Below the pieces are notes generated by a model. It ran no database searches and had not been told where the DNA came from. It saw only the letters and a program-made list of their open reading frames with translations. This document shows positions 26,041 to 31,781 of a DNA stretch of 31,781 nt, in pieces; positions within the stretch are counted from its first letter, which is position 1; each line of letters starts with the position of its first letter. The stretch is taken from the IMG/VR virus record IMGVR_UViG_3300038321_000091, positions 1-31,781 of that record; one strand, written 5' to 3'. A program made the translations under genes and the position numbers. Source of the DNA: a virus (taxonomy: Duplodnaviria > Caudoviricetes).

Positions 26041-26909
26041 TGGCATTAGGCAGTTGCATAATTGATACGGTTGATCTGGCCGCCTACGGAATATTTATCG
26101 AGAGAGGCGGTTCGGATGATTTTATATCGTTCCCGGACAGGCGAACACCCGACCAAAACGATTGGGCAGAGTTTGACGGCTTGGACGTTGACCTGACAGA
26201 CTGTTGTTTCGATGCTAAATCTGTAAAAGTTAATTATGTGATCGTGGCCGAAACGGAAGCAACATTTAAAAGCCATTTAAACAGTTTTGAAACGTTACAT
26301 TTTGCGCCCGGGTTGCGGAATGTTTTTGTAAAGGAATTCAACAAAACGTTTTCGCTCCGTTTTCTCGGTTTCCCAGGATATAAGCATAAAGGGGGGCTAT
26401 ACAACCCACGCAAAAAAACAGGCTACATAACTGCGGAGTACTCCATGGATGACCCGCTGCAACTTTTCACGCCTGCTGTGATTTCTCCGGTTTCAAACCG
26501 GACAAATTTAGCGCAGATATCGATTAACGGTTACGACCTGTCAAAATTCGGCGTTGTAGTACAGGATATTTATTCAACCGCCTTGCAGCCGTACTCTGCA
26601 AAATCGGGGATGGTTCGAAAAATTCAATCTTTAAATGGGCTTATTGCAGACACGGGTGTGGCCCCGAAAAAAACATCGCGGCAGATCGTTATCGAGAGCA
26701 CTATGCTGGCGGACACGTTAAACGAGTTCTGGACGAATCATACGGCACTGTTTAATAACCTACGGATTACAACAGCCGTTCAGTTGGGCGTTACCCGAAC
26801 GGGGGCGATACTAAACTGCTATTACAGTAAAATGACGAATTTTAAAAAGGAAGCACCGTTTTCCCGAAAGATAAAGGTGAGTTTTAATTTGATATTGCAG
26901 GAAATATGA
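26040..26909 (+). CDS. Distal tail (Dit-like) protein with internal duplication
   Basis: Follows the tape measure gene; two halves begin IDTVDLAAYGIFI and INGYDLSKFGVVV. Confidence 0.65.
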   Translation: MALGSCIIDTVDLAAYGIFIERGGSDDFISFPDRRTPDQNDWAEFDGLDVDLTDCCFDAKSVKVNYVIVAETEATFKSHLNSFETLHFAPGLRNVFVKEFNKTFSLRFLGFPGYKHKGGLYNPRKKTGYITAEYSMDDPLQLFTPAVISPVSNRTNLAQISINGYDLSKFGVVVQDIYSTALQPYSAKSGMVRKIQSLNGLIADTGVAPKKTSRQIVIESTMLADTLNEFWTNHTALFNNLRITTAVQLGVTRTGAILNCYYSKMTNFKKEAPFSRKIKVSFNLILQEI

Positions 26910-29900
26910 AAATATACAACCCACAGGGCATAGAAATATACGATATCGCCGTCGATGACTCCTCAGTGCGTTACCGCTCCATCATGACGGATGATTCGCT
27001 TACGCTTAATTTTTCCATGACCGGGCCAATTACGGTACCGCAATTTTCGTACGTAAATTTTGAGAGTGCGCGATACACATTGTGGCGCCCTCAGGAATTT
27101 AAGAAACACAGTACCCGCAACCATGAATATACGCTTACGCTACACGGCTATCGCGAGTTTCTGAAATTCGTGAAATACAAGGATATGAGCACAAAGCCGT
27201 ATAGGCTTAAATTCTCGTTAACTGCAAAACCGATTGTTTTCCTGCAGAACCTCGTTGCGTGCCTAAATGCCAACGATCCCGCGGGTGGTTGGGTGGTCGG
27301 TAATTGCATCGATGCCCCGGAGAAAACACTCAGCTTCAACCACGAGTACTGCATAGATGTGTTCGGCCGAATAGCGCAAGAATGGGAAACGGAGTACGAA
27401 TTTGAAAATAAAACCGTTCACCTTCGCAAAGTAGAAAAATTTAAAGCCGCGCCACTGCCATTATCGTATGGTAAAGGTAACGGTTTTCTCCCGGGCGTTG
27501 GCCGTTACAATGACGGCGACAAGCAACCGGTTGGGCGTCTCTATGTTCAGGGCGGCGAAAGAAACATCGACTTTTCAACGTATAACAGCAAATCGCTGCT
27601 TTTGCCGAAATCAGCCACCTTGGTTGTGGACGGAAAAACATATCGCACGGACGCCGACGGGATGTATATTACCCGCGACGGCGGAACCAACACCGCCGAG
27701 GACAGTTACGACGCTTCGGAAATATACCCCAAGCGCGTGGGAACCGTGAGCGAGGTAGTTGTGGTTGATGCAGCCAAAAACTTTTACGATATAAAAGACA
27801 GCTCTATCCCCGAAACGCTGAATTATCGCGATTGTCGTATTGCCGGAGAAAAAGCAATTATAAAATTTGAAAGCGGCGCACTGGCAGGCCGTGAGTTCGA
27901 TATTGAGCAAACCGAAACCGATTTAACCGGTTATATTCATGCCGAAAGGCGTTTTAAAATCGTTCCGCAGGAACTGGACGGTCATATCATGCCTGGCGGG
28001 GTATTCGTTCCAGCCGTCGGCGATAAGTACGCCATTTTCAATATATCGATGCCCAACGCGTATATTTCAGACAGTGCAACCAAGACGGGCGCATCGTGGG
28101 ACATGTTCCGCGAAGCGGTGCGCTATTTTACCGAAAACGAAGCCGACCGTTTCCGTTTTACGGGTGAGCTGGACGGCGTGTGGTCGAAATCGCAATGGTT
28201 AGCCATTGGCGGAAAAATTGTGCCGGGTGGTCACGTGCTTTTTTCCGACACGCAATTTCAAACCACTGGTGTGGTTATTCGCATTGTGGCGATAAAAGAT
28301 TACGTAAACCAGCCACACAAACCTGAAATTACGCTCAGTAACGCGCCGATATCGGGTTCGTTCTCCTCAGAACTGGCGAAATTGGAAGCTGATGAAGTCG
28401 TAATTGAAGAATCGAAAAAAGAAATTATCCGGCTCACAAAACGCCAATGGCGCGACGCACGGGAAACGATGGAGATGCTTAACGCTTCGCTGCTTAACTT
28501 TTCCGGGGCGATTAACCCGATTACCGTACAAACGATGCAGCTGATTGCGGGCGATGAAAGCCTGCAGTTCCGGTTTGTGAATAGCAAAACAACGCCGGTA
28601 AAGGTTAATCATTCCGTGGCTTTCAATGCGACAAATAAGCAGCTAACAGCCGCCGCAGGCATATTGCAACACATGACGCTGGGGATTACCACGCTCTCAA
28701 CTGCAACAGCATCAAAAATATACAAGTTTTGGGACATGGCGGCCTATACTTCGCCTGCGCTTGTTTCGGAGAAAGCGTACTACCTTTATGCGAAATGTGC
28801 CAAAACGGGCACAGCCGGAACATTTTTATGTTCCGAAACGGCTATTGCCATGGAAACGGTGGCGGGTTATTACCATTTCCTCGTTGGAATACTCAACAGT
28901 GAAAATGCGGGGGATCGTTCGTTTGCCACGCTTTACGGCTATACCGAAATATTACCTGGGCGGGTTGTTACCAATACAATTGCATCGGAAGATGGGCAGA
29001 CCTACTTTGATCTATTAAATGGAATTATAGCCGGGAGGATTCGCTTTATTTCCACCGGCGGCACAACCCAAAACCTAAGCGATTGGGCTGATGGAGCCGC
29101 ACAGGACATTCAGGCCGCACAGGGGGCGGCAAATGCTGCAGCTTTGGCGGCGCAACAGGCTATAGATGATGCGGCGGCAAACGTTGGTCTAATCAACACG
29201 GAGGTGGGCAAATTACAGGCTCAAATCGACGGAGAGGTCTCCAATTGGTTCTATCCGTATTCTCCAACTTTGGCGAATTACCCCGCTTCTGACTGGACTA
29301 CAAATACAATCAAGGATAGGCATATAGGAGACACTTTTACAAATACAGCACAAGCACCTGCAACCGATGCAGGAAAATCATGGCGTTTCGTTAAAAATGG
29401 CACAGTCTACTCGTGGACACAAATTGCGGATTCCGATGCCGTCTTGGCACTTCAAAAAGCGGCACAGGCACAGAGCACCGCAGACGGGAAAAGCACTACA
29501 TATCTTATTCAGCCTTCATCTTACAAGTTTGGCGACATGTGGGTATTGGCAGCCGATCAAACCGTCAACGGGATAGCCTACAAAAGTGGTGAAATTCTCA
29601 CAGCCACGCAGGACAGCACAACGTTTGTTCAGGCTCATTGGGTAAAGAAAGTCAGATACACGGACGATACGGCGGTAAATGATTTGCAGATGGGCTATCG
29701 TAATTTATTGCTTAATTCAGGTGTTCCGGTAACTAATTCGAATTACCCGACAAAGGTATATAACCTTTCTCCTATCGGTCAGACGTTGGTGGACGGGGAA
29801 GATGTTACTGTTGTGATAAAAGGGTCTCTTGGAGCTGGTAAGAAATATTTTGCACTGTATAATTCTGGTGGTACAGTTGGCGCCGGAGCTACTATTTATC

Positions 29901-31781
29901 CAGAGCAATTTGTCGATGGGATAGCAATAAAAACATTTAAATGGATAAAAGGAACTGCCTCTAATACCGCTATACATGTTTACCCTATTCCCAATACCGT
30001 AACTGTTGATTCTGCTATTGAGTGGATAAAATTAGTTAGGGGCAATAAAACTTCCAAGGATTGGACGGAAGCTCCCGAGGATGTCCAAGCCGCCATCGAT
30101 GCCGCTGTAGTAAAAGCGACATACTGGTCTGTAAAAGCGAGTGCACCTGTAATTTACAAGGATGCCATCAACGCAGCAACTTCGGGAAGTCATACACCCG
30201 TAACGGTAAGCGGAGAGTTAAGAAGCGGAACAACAACCACTTCAGGAGGATTCATTACCGTTACGCCTAACGGAGGCACGGAGGCCGGTGCAGCAACGGC
30301 AAGTCCTGTAACGATTGCACCCGCTAATGGAGACGGAAAAACAAGTTACACGGTAAGACTATACGACGCAGCAGCAAAAACAACGCTGCTCGATACGATG
30401 GCAATTCCTGTCGTTTTCAAGGGTGCAAGCGGAGTGAATGCTATCAATGCGGTATTAAGTAACGAGGCAGATGTTTTGCCTGCATCACCCGAAGGAGTTG
30501 TATCAGACTACACAGGTTCTGGAACAATTATAAGAGTTTTCGAGGGTGCGACCGAATTGGATTATGACGGTATAGGAACGGCAAACGGGAAGTTCAACGT
30601 TACGGCTTCGGCAACAGGAATAACAGCAGGAACAAAGAGCGAAAGCGGACTGACATGCGTTTTTGCGAACGCTTCAAACATGACAGCCGACAATGCAACA
30701 ATAACATTTACAATCGCAGGAAAAACTTCGGCAGGAGCTTCATTCTCTCTAACAAAGGTTCAAGCATTTGCGAAGTCACGAACAGGGGCGAAAGGGGATA
30801 AGGGGGATAAAGGCGATCAAGGATTACAGGGAATACCAGGACAAAAGGGTGCGGATGGAGTCACATATTATACATGGGTACGCTATGCCGACACTCCCAC
30901 AACAGGAATGAGTCAATATCCTACTGGGAAAGCGTATATAGGTTTTGCATATAATAAAACTACTCCTACTGAAAGTTCAACTTATAGCGATTATCAATGG
31001 TCTCTAATAAAGGGTGAGCAGGGAATTCCTGGAGATAAGGGTGCGGATGGAACGCAATATTATACTTGGATAAAATATGCCGACACACCCACAAGCGGTA
31101 TGAGTGATAGCCCTACAGGTAAGGCATACATAGGTATCGCAGTTAATAAAACAACAGCAACGGAGAGCACGAACTACGCTGATTACACTTGGCAACTGAC
31201 GAAAGGCGAAAAAGGGGATGCGGGAGTCTCAGTTACATTGGTTGACGTTGAGTTTGCAAAGAACACAAGCCCGACTACAGCACCAACGACAGGATGGGCT
31301 ACAACCGCACCGACATTGGCAGAAGGTGAACAGCTTTGGACGAGAACAAAAACAACCTATTCAAGCGGAAACCCCACTTATTCAACCCCGGCAAACATCA
31401 CTCCAAAAACTGGTGCAACAGGTCAGGGAATTGATAGCGTTACCGAACAATTCATTTTATCTTCATCAAAGATAACTCAACCCGCAGAGGGCGATGTTAA
31501 TTGGAGCACAACGCCACCGACTTGGGAAAATGGAAAGTATATCTGGTCGAGGGTAAAAGTAGTTTACAAAAACCCAACATCAACCATTTACACGGGATAT
31601 GCAGTAAGTAGTGAGTGGGAGGCGGTGAATAATATACGTGGAGGGGTTAATCTTTTGCTTCAAAGTGATAGTTACGATAAAACAAGTATTACATCAAATA
31701 ATAATTCACAATATCCAATTTCAAAAACTAATATGGATGAAGGTAGTCGAAAGTTTGTCAGGATAAAGAGAACAAACACGA
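26906..31781 (+). CDS. Giant tail tip/host-specificity protein, 3'-truncated by the window (>1620 aa; not in the ORF track)
   Basis: ATG 26906 (ATGA overlap), MKIYNPQGIEIYDIAVDD.... The frame is protein-like wherever translated, and its absence from the track is consistent with no stop before the window end. Contains LSYGKGNG, a coiled-coil, collagen triplets and repeated modules. Confidence 0.88.
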   Translation, partial: MKIYNPQGIEIYDIAVDDSSVRYRSIMTDDSLTLNFSMTGPITVPQFSYVNFESARYTLWRPQEFKKHSTRNHEYTLTLHGYREFLKFVKYKDMSTKPYRLKFSLTAKPIVFLQNLVACLNANDPAGGWVVGNCIDAPEKTLSFNHEYCIDVFGRIAQEWETEYEFENKTVHLRKVEKFKAAPLPLSYGKGNGFLPGVGRYNDGDKQPVGRLYVQGGERNIDFSTYNSKSLLLPKSATLVVDGKTYRTDADGMYITRDGGTNTAEDSYDASEIYPKRVGTVSEVVVVDAAKNFYDIKDSSIPETLNYRDCRIAGEKAIIKFESGALAGREFDIEQTETDLTGYIHAERRFKIVPQELDGHIMPGGVFVPAVGDKYAIFNISMPNAYISDSATKTGASWDMFREAVRYFTENEADRFRFTGELDGVWSKSQWLAIGGKIVPGGHVLFSDTQFQTTGVVIRIVAIKDYVNQPHKPEITLSNAPISGSFSSELAKLEADEVVIEESKKEIIRLTKRQWRDARETMEMLNASLLNFSGAINPITVQTMQLIAGDESLQFRFVNSKTTPVKVNHSVAFNATNKQLTAAAGILQHMTLGITTLSTATASKIYKFWDMAAYTSPALVSEKAYYLYAKCAKTGTAGTFLCSETAIAMETVAGYYHFLVGILNSENAGDRSFATLYGYTEILPGRVVTNTIASEDGQTYFDLLNGIIAGRIRFISTGGTTQNLSDWADGAAQDIQAAQGAANAAALAAQQAIDDAAANVGLINTEVGKLQAQIDGEVSNWFYPYSPTLANYPASDWTTNTIKDRHIGDTFTNTAQAPATDAGKSWRFVKNGTVYSWTQIADSDAVLALQKAAQAQSTADGKSTTYLIQPSSYKFGDMWVLAADQTVNGIAYKSGEILTATQDSTTFVQAHWVKKVRYTDDTAVNDLQMGYRNLLLNSGVPVTNSNYPTKVYNLSPIGQTLVDGEDVTVVIKGSLGAGKKYFALYNSGGTVGAGATIYPEQFVDGIAIKTFKWIKGTASNTAIHVYPIPNTVTVDSAIEWIKLVRGNKTSKDWTEAPEDVQAAIDAAVVKATYWSVKASAPVIYKDAINAATSGSHTPVTVSGELRSGTTTTSGGFITVTPNGGTEAGAATASPVTIAPANGDGKTSYTVRLYDAAAKTTLLDTMAIPVVFKGASGVNAINAVLSNEADVLPASPEGVVSDYTGSGTIIRVFEGATELDYDGIGTANGKFNVTASATGITAGTKSESGLTCVFANASNMTADNATITFTIAGKTSAGASFSLTKVQAFAKSRTGAKGDKGDKGDQGLQGIPGQKGADGVTYYTWVRYADTPTTGMSQYPTGKAYIGFAYNKTTPTESSTYSDYQWSLIKGEQGIPGDKGADGTQYYTWIKYADTPTSGMSDSPTGKAYIGIAVNKTTATESTNYADYTWQLTKGEKGDAGVSVTLVDVEFAKNTSPTTAPTTGWATTAPTLAEGEQLWTRTKTTYSSGNPTYSTPANITPKTGATGQGIDSVTEQFILSSSKITQPAEGDVNWSTTPPTWENGKYIWSRVKVVYKNPTSTIYTGYAVSSEWEAVNNIRGGVNLLLQSDSYDKTSITSNNNSQYPISKTNMDEGSRKFVRIKRTNT
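30785..31223 (+). repeat. Collagen G-X-Y triplets plus two 64-aa (192-bp) repeats in the tail protein
   Basis: GAK-GDK-GDK-GDQ-GLQ-GIP-GQK-GAD; the unit QGIPGxKGADG..YYTW(V/I)(R/K)YADTPT.GMS..PTGKAYIG...Y.W...KG starts at 30827 and 31019. Confidence 0.9.

Larger units (their letters stand above)
141..31781. mobile_element. Mu-like transposable prophage with siphovirus-type tail; right end lies outside the window
   Basis: Repressor/Ner/DDE transposase/ATPase/Gam early operon, Mu-type head genes, lysis and tail genes. No tyrosine or serine integrase and no tail sheath seen. The left boundary at TG 141 is inferred. Confidence 0.93.

Noticed and set aside
30827-31210. DGR template/variable repeat pair
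   Set aside because: Both copies are in-frame coding, the differences are not adenine-specific, and no reverse transcriptase is in the window.
27148-31475. Short track ORFs suggesting a fragmented or non-coding right end
   Set aside because: All overlap the single long frame starting at 26906, which the track omits because it has no stop in the window.

Overview
Almost the whole window (from about 141 to beyond the right edge) is a Mu-like transposable prophage with a siphovirus-type tail. The host is probably Bacteroidota, judged from TAnnTTTG promoter boxes, a DUF4494-like gene and Bacteroidota-type lipoproteins. Gene order: putative left end; S24-peptidase repressor (-); Ner/Cro-like gene; DDE transposase; MuB-like ATPase; second ATPase; GemA-like, Gam, DUF4494-like and DnaA-C-like genes; orphan m5C methyltransferase; HAD protein; a separately promoted DinD-like + lipoprotein moron; an inverted packaging block (terminase S/L, gp36-like, portal fused to a gpF-like protein, gpG-like, gp37-like); then protease/scaffold, capsid, lysis genes, tail tube, chaperones, tape measure and Dit-like genes; and a >1600-codon tail protein that runs off the window and is missing from the ORF track. 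Least explained features: two tRNA-like mini-elements (acceptor stem + T-arm only), a structured leader upstream of the transposase, an 11-bp-phased TTAAA(A/C) triple motif at five loci, a capsid protein with a C-terminal Listeria-Bacteroides-type repeat, and a modular tail protein with collagen repeats. All family assignments come from motif recognition by eye; no database search was run.
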